Origin: Antechinus flavipes
Taxonomy: Eukaryota
Reading direction: 5' to 3'
Assembly (NCBI RefSeq): GCF_016432865.1
Contig: NC_067400.1
Span: forward strand, 629,424,001 to 629,488,000
Length of the DNA stretch: 64,000 nucleotides
The notes beneath the pieces were generated by a model. It was not told where the DNA came from. It made no database searches and saw nothing but the letters and a program-made list of their open reading frames with translations. The position numbers were made by a program, and so were the translations under genes. Positions 20,007 through 32,120 of this stretch are shown here, piece by piece. Positions within the stretch are counted from its first letter, which is position 1. The number at the start of each line of letters is the position of its first letter.

Positions 20007-21528
20007 AGGGGCCCAGACTCCCCGTCCTCTCTAGCACAGGGGCCAGATTCCCCTTCCTCCCTGGCACAGGGGCCCAGACTCCCCGTCCTCTCTGGCACAG
20101 GGGCCAGGTTCTCTGTCCTCCCTGGCACAGGGGCCAGACTCCCCCACCTCCCTGGCACAGGGGCCAGACTCCCCATCCTCCCTGGCACAGGGGCCAGACT
20201 CCCCATCTTCCCTGGCACAGTGGCCAGACTCCCCGTCCTCCCTGGCACAGGGCCAGATTCCCCATCCTCCCTGGCATAGGGCCCCAGAGTCCCCCTCCTC
20301 CCTGGCACAGGGGCCAGACTCCCCGTCCTCCCTGGCACAGGGGCCAGATTCCCCATCCTCCCTGGCATAGGGCCCCAGAGTCCCCCTCCTCCCTGGCACA
20401 GGGGCCCAGACTCCCCGTCCTCTCTGGCACAGGGGCCAGGTTCTCTGTCCTCCCTGGCACAGGGGCCAGACTCCCCCACCTCCCTGGCACAGGGGCCAGA
20501 CTCCCCCACCTCCCTGGCACAGGGGCCAGACTCCCCATCCTCCCTGGCACAGGGGCCAGACTCCCCGTCCTCCCTGGCACAGGGCCAGATTCCCCATCCT
20601 CCCTGGCATAGGGCCCCAGAGTCCCCCTCCTCCCTGGCACAGGGGCCAGACTCCCCGTCCTCTCTGGCACAGGAGCCAGATTCCCCATCCTCCCTGGCAT
20701 AGGGCCCCAGAGTCCCCCTCCTCCCTGGCACAGGGGCCCAGACTCCCCGTCCTCTCTGGCACAGGGGCCAGGTTCTCCGTCCTCCCTGGCACAGGGCCAG
20801 ATTCCCCATCCTCCCTGGCACAGGGCCAGATTCCCCATCCTCCCTGGCACAGGGGCCCAGAGTCCCCCTCCTCCCTGGCACAGGGGCCAGACTCCCCGTC
20901 CTCCCTGGCACAGGGGCCAGGTTCCCCGTCCTCCCTGGCACAGGGGCCAGATTCCCCGTCCTCCCTGGCACAGGGGCCAGATTCCCCATCCTCCCTGGCA
21001 TAGGGCCCCAGAGTCCCCCTCCTCCCTGGCACAGGGGCCAGACTCCCCGTCCTCTCTGGCACAGGGGCCAGACTCCCCGTCCTCCCTGGCACAGGGCCCC
21101 AGAGTCCCCCTCCTCCCTGGCACAGGGGCCCAGACTCCCCGTCCTCCCTGGCACAGGGGCCAGACTCCCCGTCCTCCCTGGCACAGGGGCCAGACTCTCC
21201 GTCCTCCCTGGCATAGGGCCCCAGAGTCCCCCTCCTCCCTGGCACAGGGTCCAGATTCCCCATCCTCCCTGGCACAGGGCCCCAGAGTCCCCCTCCTCCC
21301 TGGCACAGGGCCCCAGACTCCCTGTCCTCCCTGGCACAGGGGCCAGATTCTCCATCCTCCCTGGCATAGGGCCCCAGAGTCCCCATCCTCCCTGGCACAG
21401 AGCCCCAACTCCCCATCTTCCCTGGCACAGAGCCCCAACTCCCCGTCTTCCCTGGCACAGGGCCCCAACTCCCCGTCTTCCCTGGCACAGGGGCCAGACT
21501 CCCCCTCCTCCCTGGCACAGAGGCCAGG
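20007..21528. repeat. Large minisatellite, about 30 bp unit (cctggcacaggggccagactccccgtcctc), about 50 copies with interspersed variant units
   Basis: Direct tandem periodicity. It explains the 600-aa repetitive ORFs in the track. Confidence 0.95.
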
Positions 21529-21994
21529 CTCCCCCCCCTCTTCCAGCCCTCTGGCTCTGGCCACCCCCCAGGCTCCATGTGGCCATATTCCCCTTTCCAC
21601 ACCAGCTGGCTCCCCCAGTGGGATCTCTCCAACCCCGTCTCCCTTCTGAGCTCTGATCCTGCTGCTCCTGATGAGCGTCTCCGCCCAGCATGTCCAGACT
21701 GACCTCGTTCCCTTTCTGCCGAACCCTCCCTTCTTCCCTGCGTCTCCGTGGCTGTCCGGGACCCCAGGGGACGGGACCTTGGGTCTACAGGCACCCCATA
21801 GTCTGGCCAGTTGCCAGACGTCAGCCCCTTCTCTCGGGGCTTCTCGTCCCCTCGTTCCTTCGGCCGGCCCTGCTGCCCTCGCCTTCCCAAAGGTGATCAT
21901 CCTCCATTCAGGGACTTTCCTAAAAGGGAGATGTGGCCGTCCCAGGCGCCAGGGATTTCTTTTTTCTTTTTCTAATGATGATGATTAGTTTTTC

Positions 21995-22420
21995 TTTTTC
22001 TTTATTAGAACTTTATTTTTCAAAACACATGCGTGGACAATAGTCCAGCATCCGCCCTTGCAAAACCTGTTCCAATTTCCCCCCTTCCCCTCCCCTAGAC
22101 GGAAGTGACCCAACATATGTGAAACAGTAGAAATATGTTAATTCCAACATATGCAGAGATATGGATACGATTATCCAGCGGCACAAGAAAAATCAAGTCA
22201 AACCAGAAAAAAATGCAAGCAAACATCAACAGAGCGAGAAGGCTGAGTTGTGCAGCCTCTCTGGGGGCAGCCGGCTCTCTCCGCTGCAAGGTCATCCGTC
22301 TGAATCCCCTCGGGGTTAGGAAGAGCCAAGACCCCCAGAACTGATCGGGGGATGGTCGTATCGCTGCCGGATACAAGGATCTCCTGGTCCGGCTCCTTCC
22401 CTCAGCATCGGCCCCGGGGA
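21995..22420 (-). mobile_element. Old L1 3' fragment, strongly GC-shifted
   Basis: Poly-T start, ccttcccctcccctaga motif and gatctcctgg...cagcatc match the other L1 3' ends in the window. Confidence 0.7.
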
Positions 22421-23619
22421 ATCCCCCCAGACCTCTCAGGAATCACCTTCCTGCTCCTCTCTTACGGAACGCTGCCGTCACCTTCCCAGACCATCGCCTC
22501 CCCCCTGACGGGGTCCGCTCGGCCCCCAGTTCCTGCTGCCGCGGGCGTTTGGGACCAGGGCTTTCCGTCACCTCCAGGACAGACGATGGCAAGCCTTTTG
22601 AACTCGGCAGAGTTCATGGGGAGCCCCAGAACAAGGTGGCCTGGGAGGAACTGTGGCCCCTGGCTGCTGAGGGAGACAGACACGGTCCTTTGTGAAAACG
22701 AGGGGCTAGCACTGGCTCCCGAAAACTGGAAGGAAGCCAGCCAGGGTCTGCTTAAGCCAGTGACAAGGTAGCGGAGGTGAGGTTCCTTGTGGCTCCTTGC
22801 TCCGGCCTTTCTCCCCTCCACAAAAGCCTTGGGCTCGCTCCCTCAGCCACCAGGGCCTGGGATGCCTTTCCTCCCGTCTGGAGCTATCTCTGGCTTCTTT
22901 CCAGAACTTCACCTTCTGCAGGAGGGTCCTCCTCCCCTCCCCATCTCCCCTGTCCCTCGACATGATGTAGACAGATACAGATTGATATCTCGTCTCCTTG
23001 ATTTGAAGGCGGGGACAATGTTTTTGCCTTGTGTTCCCAGAATCTGTCCCTCTCCTGGTACACAGTAAACACTTAATAAATGCTCATTGACTGATTTTTT
23101 TCTTTATCCGCATGAACTGATTTCTAAGTTCTTCTGACCTCCTTCTTCTGGCCATGATGTACATTTGTTAAGTTTACTTCAGAAGCATTGTCGGCCGTGT
23201 GGATATCTGTTCTTTTATCCATTTCTCTTTGTAGGTGGGAATTGTCTCAATAGCCCCGCCTATAGAAATGATACCGTTACAGTTAAGAGAACTGGAATTT
23301 TAGATCATGACAGTTTAACGGCGAGAAGTCAGAGTTTAAATGGCATTCTAGAAAGACTGCTAATTGTAATGACTTCACAGAGTTAAAATGAGCTAACAGA
23401 ACTGTTCTAAGAGAACTGAGTTTAACTATTACATATATATATATATATGTTATGTTTGTGTAAAATAGGAAATAGGCTTTAATTCGTATCTTGAGAGAAC
23501 TGAATGGTAGGATTGTACTTCCCGAATTTAAAAGGCAAAGAGTTGTCATCTTGGTTAAAGGTGACTTTGGCTGTGATCTTTCTCACAACAATAGATCCTA
23601 AGTCATCGTACTTTTTTGT

Positions 23620-23815
23620 TGTTGTTCAATCACTTGGGAGTCGTGTCCAATTCTTCATGAACTCATTTGGGCTTTTCTTGGCAAAGATACTGGAATGGTT
23701 TACCACTTCCTTCTCCTGCACATTTTATAGATGAGTAAACTGAGGCAAACAGAGTTAAATGACTTGTCCAAAGTCACAACTAGTAAGAGTCTAAGGTCAG
23801 ATTTGACCTTATCAG
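23620..23815 (-). mobile_element. Marsupial CORE-SINE (Mar1/MIR-like)
   Basis: tttcttggcaaagatactggaatggtttacc...ttttatagatgagtaaactgaggcaaacagagttaaatgacttgtccaaagtcaca. Confidence 0.7.
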
Positions 23816-23934
23816 CTGAGATTGTATGAGATTGTATCATTGTGCTACTCAGCTGTTTGATTAGCCACATGTGTTTTATTCTTCGGTAAACTGTTAATAA
23901 GTAGTATAGTAGTGGAGGGGGGGGTTGCTGCAGA

Positions 23935-24420
23935 GGGGGAGAGGGAGAGAGACACACAGAGATACAGAGGCAGAAAGAGATAAAGGGAGAGAGAAAGAGA
24001 CAGACAGAGACCGAGAGAAGGAGGGAGGAGAGAAAGAGAAGGGAGGAAAAGACAGGAAGAGAGAGAAAGGGAAGAGACAAGAAAGAGAGATACAGGCAAA
24101 GAGAGACAAAGGGAGACAGACAGACTGAGAGAGACATAGAGAAGGGAGAGAGAAGGGAAAAGACAGAGAGAGACAGGAGGAGAGAGAGAAAGGAAAGAGA
24201 CAAGAAAGAGAGATACAGGCAAAGAGAGACAAAGGGAGACAGACAGACTGAGAGAGACATAGAGAAGGGAGAGAGAAGGGAAAAGACAGAGAGAGACAGG
24301 AGGAGAGAAAGGAAAGAGATGAGAGACAAAACAGGAGAAAGAGAAAGAAACCTAAGAGACAAAAGAGAGACAGAAAAAAGGAAGAGAGAAAGAAAAGACA
24401 GAGAGAAGGAGGGAGAGGAG
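23935..24420. repeat. Purine-rich (GA) low-complexity tract with an internal 123-bp tandem duplication
   Basis: The block acaagaaagagagatacaggc... starts at both 24077 and 24200. Confidence 0.9.
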
Positions 24421-25754
24421 CAAAAACTTATAGGAAAAGAGATTTCCCCAATTTATTGTTTACAAATGATAATTTTAATAAAATGGGTAGGAAATCAACT
24501 AATTGATGCTAATAGTGATAAAAGCTAACTTTTGTATAACACCTACTATGAGCCTGTCACTGAGCCTTCAAGCACTTGACAATTATGATCTCATTTGATT
24601 TTCACAACGACCCTGGGAGGGAAGTTCCATTTTACAGATGAGGGAACAGAGCAAGTGACTTGCCCAAAGTCCCACCAGCCAGCAAGTGTTAGGTCTATTT
24701 TGAACTCCGGCCGGAGCTCTATGAAATGTAGCGCCACCTAGCAGATGGTAAGGGACATTGCAATTTTAGTAATTAATAGGGAAATATCACAAACCTCTCT
24801 CTCTCTTCCATTCCCTTACAAGCAGGATGATGAAGGAAGTCGCAGACAAAGAGATGACGCCACTTGGGCCAGCCGTGAAGACTGACCCTGGTGGACTCCT
24901 ATCCCACCCCATTCTCTCTCCTGTCTGTTAAGATTGTTCCCTTTCTGTGCTGTTACTATGTCCTTGCTGTGTCCTGTGCCTTCTGACTCTTCTTTGTATT
25001 TATAGTATTTAGAGTTCACAGCCCGAAGCTTCTGCGTGATCCACCCTTACTGCTCAGTCCTGAACCACATTATCGGACTTTATGCTTCTTTCTTTTTAAA
25101 ATTTATAGTACTTTAAAAATATATAGTATATATAATAAAAGTATATATATATATACTATATATACTTTCTTGAGCTACATATATATATATATATATATAT
25201 GTAGAAGAAATTATATTCATATGTCCATCTTATCTTTACTTCCTTGTAAATTGTTCCTTTTTGCTCTGCGGCTGTAATTTTTTTACTTTATTCTTGTCCT
25301 TGCTTTTATCCACTTTCCCAAGCAAGCTGTAGTTAAGAAGATACATGTATACATATGTAGAAATATACATATACATGCACAAACATATCTTTTCTATGCC
25401 TTCTGACCCTTTATTTTAATTCTGCTCCTAACTTGCCTTGCTATTACTTAACCTCCTCCACTCATCGATCCCTCCCTTGTTTCTTCCTTCTTTCCTTCTT
25501 TTCTTTCTTTTTTTTTTTTTAAGATTGATAAAAGAGGTTTATTATTAGATAAGCAAAGTTAAAGTATAGGCGAAGGTAGAGATAAAGAGGGCACTGGACA
25601 GAGGGTCCAGTGGACAGAGGGTCCTCACATGGCTGGCACGTTTGGAATCTCTGCTCTTTCTTTTCTTTCTTTCTTTGATCCATCCCTTGTTTCTTTTTTA
25701 TCTTCTTTCTTTCTCTTCCCTCCCTTCCTCCCTTCTTTTCTTTTTCTCTTTCTT

Positions 25755-25891
25755 TTTGCTGAGGCAATTGGGGTTAAGTGACTTGCCAGGATCACACAGT
25801 TGGGAGTGTTAAGTGTCTGAGGGCAGATTTGAACTCAGGTCCTCCTGACTTCAGGGCTGGTGCTTTATCGACTGCATCACCTAGTTGCCTC
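25755..25891 (-). mobile_element. WSINE1-type SINE
   Basis: tttttgctgaggcaattggggttaagtgacttgcc...gatttgaactcaggtcctcctgacttcagggctggtgc...cacctagttgcctc. Confidence 0.85.
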
Positions 25892-25949
25892 TCCCCTTAT
25901 TTCTTTATAGATTTTGGAGAGTGCTAGACTCTTCAAGGTATATATATAG

Positions 25950-27030
25950 TGTGGCCTATTTAACCCATTCGCGATGTGAGTAGGTTTTCAGAAATAGGAG
26001 CCCTCCTCCCCTTCTAATACCTCTGTGCCTATTCTTCCTCTGTCCCTCATTTGTTTAAAATTCTTTTTACCTTAACTCTGCCCCAATCTTTTTTTTAAAC
26101 TGCCCTCTTGTTGATGTCAATTTTAAATATATGATGTATATTTCTCATGTTAAAAAAAAAAACAATTTGTCCATGTTAAATTCCTTGAAATTGATCTTTG
26201 ACATTGGCTCTTATATGTTAAATTTTCTATTGAGTTCAGTTTGGTTGATAGAAAGTCCTGAAAATCTGCAAGTTCATCGAATAACCATTTTTTCTCATTC
26301 ATTATCATGGATAATTTTGCTGGATGTGATATTTTTGGCTATTGGCCCAATTCTTTTAATCATTGCCAGGACCTGTGGTCCTTTATTGTGGCTGCTAAGT
26401 CCTATGAAATTCTAATTGTAGCTCCAGAGTATTTGAATTGGTTTTTTTTCCTTGTTTTTTTGCAAAATGTTCTCTTTGATTTGTAAGTTTCAAAATTTGG
26501 CAATAATGTTCCTATGTGTTTTCTACAAAGAATTTTATTGAGGTGATGATCAGTGGATTTTTTTCTATTTCTATTTTCCATTCATGTTCTTTTACTCCAG
26601 GACAAAATTTTCTTGGATTATTTCTTGCATTATTGTGTCGAGATCCTTTTTTTGGTCACAACTTTCAGGCAGTTCAATTATTATATTTTTCTATTGTTGA
26701 TCTGTTCCCCAGATCTGTTGTTTTTCTTATGTTTCACATTCTGTTCTATTTTTTCATTCTTTATAATCTGTTTTGTTATTTATCTCTCATAGCTTCATTG
26801 AGTTCCCCTTGATCAATTCTAATTTTCAAAGAGTTATTTTCATTTTTGAGACTCTTTATCTCCTTTTCTCTTAGTTAACTTTGTTTTTTTTTCATAATCT
26901 TGTTTGTTTTTGGGGGGATGAAATTTTAATTTTTTTATATTTTAAATTTTAATTTAATTTAAATTAAAAAAAATTTAATTTTTCCTCAGTCTCTCATTGG
27001 ACTTATAAATTCTTTTTAAAGTTCTTTGAT
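25950..27030 (-). mobile_element. Decayed L1 ORF1-region fragment
   Basis: T-rich sequence similar to the ORF1 segment at 62340-62900. Confidence 0.6.
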
Positions 27031-27579
27031 AAATTCTCTTTGGGGTTTTTCTTCAGATCTTCTAGAGTCCTACCAGGAGGACCCCTCTTCTGCCTCAAGT
27101 TTTCTTGGTTTTTCCCCAGTCTATTTGTGGGGAAAATCAGAGAGCTTGAAATTTACACCTCTTCAGCCATCTTCCCAGAATCTCCCATTATCCGGCTTTA
27201 AAACCCTGCTTCCTTCCTTTGGGAGCATCTGGCCCCTCTGTAAATCTGACCTTGACCTCCTCCGCTGGGATGTCTTTTTTTCTCTGTAACTGAGGTCTCC
27301 TTGTCCTCTTCCCTCTTTGACAATCGCCCTTTCCTTTTTTGCTGTCCTGGCTGTTGTGTGAGTGTCTGAGGCCTTTGGGGGACCCCTTCTCTTCCTTGTC
27401 TCTGTGCTGGAGACATCATCACCCCCATGGGTTCCCCTTTCATCTCCACATGAAGAATTCCCAGCTCTAAGTCTCTTGCTGCAGTCTCCCTTCTGATTTC
27501 CATTGCTACTTCACTACCCAGTGGACCGTCATTGGCCTTTGTTCTCCAAGAGGACCAAAATGACATCACTCTGGAGTTA

Positions 27580-27740
27580 CCTGGGTCTGACTAGTATGAG
27601 CTCGGGGTGCCGTCCTCCAGGCCAGACCCAAATCTTGTGTTTCTTCTGGGCTAGTTCGATTCCTTCTCTGAGGAGGGCACGCCATGGCAGGCAATCCTGT
27701 GCCAGGGGCTCCCGTAACATAATCCTAAAGTTCTTAAGAG
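27580..27740 (-). mobile_element. RTE-clade LINE 3' ORF remnant
   Basis: Minus-strand peptide KVSLKNF...LAQDCLPWRALLREG...AQKK resembles RTE C-terminal ends. Confidence 0.65.
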
Positions 27741-28099
27741 AGACCTTGCTGTAAAAGGAAATGGCAAAGGCTCCAGCATCTTTGTCAAGAAAACTCCAAA
27801 TGGGGTCCCTAAGGTGACCAAACAACTTCCTGTCTAATGGGTATTTCCAACTGAGTGACCAAAGCAGAACTCATTATCTAACATTCTCCTCGTTCTAACA
27901 TTATTCTCGTTGAAGGAATCATCAGCTTTCTAATCAGCCTTGTTTGTAATCTTGACCCTTCTCAGCATTATTTTGTATTTCCTTGGTGGGTATTTTGAAG
28001 GTACTTCTCTGGATATGTGTTATTCCCCTCTCCTCCCTGTAAGGTACTCGTTGGGGGCCAGGACCATTCTTCTTCTTTGCATCCCTCGTCTGGGGTCGA

Positions 28100-29473
28100 G
28101 TATCTGGCACAAGTCCTTGACAAAAGCTTTCTACGATCACTAAAGTTTCTTTTTTTTTCTTTCTATTTTTTTAATTTAATAATAACTTTATATTGACAGA
28201 ATCCATGCCAGGGTAATTTTTTACAACATTATCCCTTGCACTCATTTCTGTTCCGATTTTTCCCCTCCCTCCCTCCACCCCCTCCCCTAGATGGCAAGCA
28301 GTCCTATATATGTTAGATATGTTGCAGTATATCCTAGGTACAAAATATGTTTGCAGAACCGAACAGTTCTCTTGTTGCACAGGGAGAATTGGATTCAGAA
28401 GGTAAAAATATCCCGGGAAGAAAAACAAAAACGCAGATAGTTCACATTCGTTTCCCAGTGTTCTTTCTTTGGGTGTAGCTGCTTCTGTCCATCATTTATC
28501 GATTGAAACTGAGTTAGGTCTCTTTGTCAAAGAAATCCACTTCCATCAGAATACATCCTCATACAATATCGTTGTCGAAGTGTATAATGATCTCCTGGTT
28601 CTGCTCATTTCACTTAGCATCAGTTCATGTAAGTCTCGCCAGTCCTCTCTGTATTCATCCTGCTGGTCATTCCTTACAGAACAATAATATTCCATAACAT
28701 TCATATACCACAATTTACCCAGCCATTCTCCAATGGATGGGCATCCATTCATTTTCCGGTTTCTAGCCACTACAAACAGGGCTGCCACAAACATTTTGGC
28801 ACATACAGGTCCCTTTCCCTTCTTTAGTATCTCTTTGGGGTATAAGCCCAATAGAAACACTGCTGGATCAAAGGGTATGCACAGTTTGATAACTTTTTGG
28901 GCATAATTCCAGATTGTTCTCCAGAATGGTTGGATTCGTTCACAGCTCCACCAACAATGCATCAGAGTCCCAGTTTTCCCGCATCCCCTCCAACATTCAT
29001 CATTATTTTTTCCTGTCATCTTAGCCAATCTGACAGGTGTGTAGTGGTATCTCAGAGTTGTCTTAATTTGCATTTCTCTGATCAGAGTGGTAATAGTTTC
29101 AATTTCATCATCTGAAAATTGTCTGTTCCTATCCTTTGACCATTTATCAATTGGAGAATGGCTTGATTTCTTATAAATTTGAGTCAGTTCTCTATATATT
29201 TTGGAAATGAGGCCTTTATCAGAACCTTTAACTGTGAAGATGTTTTCCCAGTTTGTTGCTTCCCTTCTAATCTTGTTTGCATTAGTTTTATTTGTACAAA
29301 GGCTTTTTAATTTGATGTAATCAAAATTTTCTATTTTGGATCACTAAGGTTTCATAAGCCCAGTGTCTGGCACAAGTCCTTGACAAAAGCTTGGTACGGT
29401 CACTAAGGTTTCGGGAGCCCAGTGTCTGGGACAAGTCCTTGACAAAAGCTTGGTACGGTCACTAAGGTTTCAA
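28100..29473. repeat. 59-bp tandem repeat split by the L1 insertion; a further copy lies at about 31325-31385
   Basis: Unit ataagcccagtgtctggcacaagtccttgacaaaagcttggtacggtcactaaggtttc. Confidence 0.85.
28150..29338 (-). mobile_element. 5'-truncated L1 with a 15-bp target-site duplication
   Basis: ORF2 C-terminus (MQIKTTLRYHYTPVRLAK...CWRGCGKTGTLMHCWW), 3' UTR and poly(A). TSD gatcactaa(a/g)gtttc at 28135-28149 and 29339-29353. Confidence 0.92.
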
Positions 29474-29559
29474 CTATATGCCGTTGCCCAAAGAGGTGGG
29501 ATTTTCCATGATTTAAAGAGTCCCTTTCAACTCTGCCCATCACAGCCCACCTGTGCCAG

Positions 29560-29740
29560 CCCATTCTGTTTGCCACCAGAAAGACGCCAAAAGGGACAAG
29601 GTCTCCCGGACGCTCTCAGATCCCTGGATGCCTCTGGAGTCTGCTGTCCTTCTCGAGCCCTCGTCAAGTGACCAGCCCAGCTTCTCTTAGCATCACAGAT
29701 CTGATGACATCCCTTCCTCTTGCTTTTCTGCACGTCCTTT
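29560..29740 (-). mobile_element. RTE-clade LINE remnant
   Basis: Minus-strand DAKRSWAGHLTRAR resembles the RTE motif KRRWAGHVARAR. Confidence 0.55.
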
Positions 29741-30192
29741 TGTTTGTATCTTGCAACTGCCCCTTAGTCTTGCAAGGTTTCTAAAAGTTTTCTTCTAGAG
29801 AAAAATAAGAAGACATATAATGGGATAAATTTGATTTTATGTATTTGTTCCTGTACTTTTAAGTCATCTGGGTTTTAATTATTTCTTTTGAGGCTTTAGA
29901 AATAACTGGCCCATAGCTAATATAGACTATTCGTCCAGTGGGTACCTTTCTGGAAGCAGCTCTGTTAATCTTCAGAGGAAGAGTCTCTAGACCTACACTT
30001 AACGTAAGAAACTTCCCCCATTCTGGGAGCTGGGCATAATTAGCAAGAAAATGTGACAAAAAGCCTTGAATTCCCTCGTTAGGGATCTGGGTTTCCCTAG
30101 AAATAAACCCAACCCGTGTGAGATAAATTGGAACCCCTCTCTGTACCACGGGCAACATTCACTACTGTTGGAGTCCAAGGGGGACCCCAAAA

Positions 30193-30696
30193 TGTTGGGG
30201 TTCCAGATCAGTGTCGTGAGGCGTTTCAAAAGAACTTGCAGCTCAGATCATCTCCCAAGTCAAGGGGCAAAGTTTATTATAACTGTAACACCAACTAAAG
30301 CCGGCTAAATTCCAAAGAGTCGGGTGCAAGAAGGTACATTTATAGGAAAAGTGAGCGAGCCCAGGTGTTTCTTAGTGGTCTGGTTCTGCTTTGGTGGGCA
30401 GGTGCAGTAACCAGAGTTCCGCGGCAGAGCTGGGGCTGGGGTGGAGTGGAAACTTTCTGGAGGTGTTTTTAGGCCTGAAACATCACTAGGTCAGATGGTG
30501 GGAACCCAGTTTTGTTCTGTGCCTGTGTTAACGTTAAGCACCGCGTTATTGTTGCTCGTTAGTCTCAGATACCCCGTTATCACCGGCAGCCGGCAATATT
30601 TGTGGGCTCACTGGGGGAGGATAGCCCAAGGGAAGAAACACACCATTTCTAACTGCATCCCTCCCAAGGCCAAGTGGCCGTGGAGTTATAGTTACA
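30193..30696 (-). mobile_element. ERV LTR, followed on the minus strand by leader-like sequence to about 29940
   Basis: TGT...ACA termini, minus-strand TATAAAT (about 30340) and AATAAA (30273-30278), U5 end ...ccccaaca. Confidence 0.6.
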
Positions 30697-31499
30697 TGTC
30701 TCCCAAGGGCTGCGTGTCACTATTCACACTTTCATTAGGGATACCCTTTGTACTTGTAGATGATTTTCATTAAGATTCTGTAAAGTTGGGAAAGCAGATA
30801 GATTGGTTGACCCTGTTGATATTCACTGGTATTTCCAGTGTGGATGAACCCCAAGCCTTAGTCCTTATATTTAGCATCTTCCCCATCTTTTAAATGTAAT
30901 TAAGACCTTAATGCCTTTTCTTTATTTAATAATTTAATTTCTATCTGTTGTTCTTAGATAAATTTCCTCCTTTTTTGTCCCAGAGAAAGCCATTCCTTGT
31001 AATTTTTTTAAAAAGAGGAATAAGAAAAAAAATCAAAATATCTGATATTATATTCAATGTTTTACAACATTGGCCCCCCGACTTCTGCAAAAGAGCAAGA
31101 GGAAATGTTTTCTTATATCACATGTGGGGCAACTGGATGACAAATGGTCTTCAGCAAAGACCTGAATTCAATTGTGGCCTCAGATGAAGTGGTAAGAAAG
31201 GGTGTGATAATATGAAACAGATTTGTGAGAGCATAATTGGAAAAGAATGTTATTTAAAAATAGCATCATGGAGATTTGGTTCCAATTCAATCAACCTGAA
31301 GAAATCAAGTCAGACATCCATCACATAAAGTTTCATAAGCCCAGTGTCTGCCACAAGTCCTTGACAAAAGCTTGGTATGGTCAATGAAAATAGCTTTACT
31401 ACTTCAAACTAATATAACCAGACAAAGGAGTCACGTGAATGAACAATTTGTTTTTGAGAGGACAGACTTTTAAAGATTCGGGGGAGCATTCCGTGGAAC

Positions 31500-32120
31500 A
31501 GAACTTAGGGAGTAACAAGGGCATGTGTTTGATGAGGTCCTGGGTCACTAGGTAGGGGGGGCAGAGAAAGACCAAAGTTATGATAAGGTTACTTCCTGAG
31601 GCAAGCAGGGAAGGGCAGTGATGGAGATCAGTTCCACTTTATAGTCCCAGCCCGCTGTGGAAGTCTTGGGAAACCCCACTTTACTGTATCCAATAGAAAG
31701 TCAAGTTATAATGTCAAATTTCAATTTCCGCTATAAATCTGCTTATGGCCTGCGCCATCTTTGGGGTATCCCTTTTAGATTAGCCAGCCCTGGCAGTCTG
31801 CCTCATGGTTTCTTCCTGTCTCATGGTGTCTTTCTCCTTGTTATAGTGAACGCTTTTAGGATTTAGCCTGCCAGGCAATGGTCAACTCCCCTCTCATGGA
31901 ATATGCCCTTTCTGATGGTCAATTGTGACTTGTCTTTTCCCTTGTTAATTGTGAAAATCCCTTTCCTTGCTAACTTATATGCTCCCCCAAATCTACTTCA
32001 TATTTACCACTCTGGGTGCCTATTTTATATGTTCACTTTCTCTGTAACCTCTTCTAAATAAACCTACCTTTTGCCAAAGAGAAAAGTCCTTGTGAATTCA
32101 GCCCACGACCAGATCCAACA
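31500..32120 (+). mobile_element. ERV LTR (left boundary approximate)
   Basis: CCAAT about 31690, TATAAAT about 31732, AATAAA 32057-32062. It ends in CCAACA at 32120 and is followed by TGGTGCCCAACG, a tRNA-Lys1,2-like PBS. Confidence 0.7.

Noticed and set aside
19880-21900. Three 600+ aa minus-strand ORFs and long plus-strand ORFs
   Set aside because: They are translations of the 30-bp minisatellite, which happens to lack stops. There is no domain or splice context.
23504-23570. MVGLYFPNLKGKELSSWLK, superficially like a PYD start
   Set aside because: No further PYD pattern; the ORF runs into a SINE and has no phase-1 donor at the expected distance.
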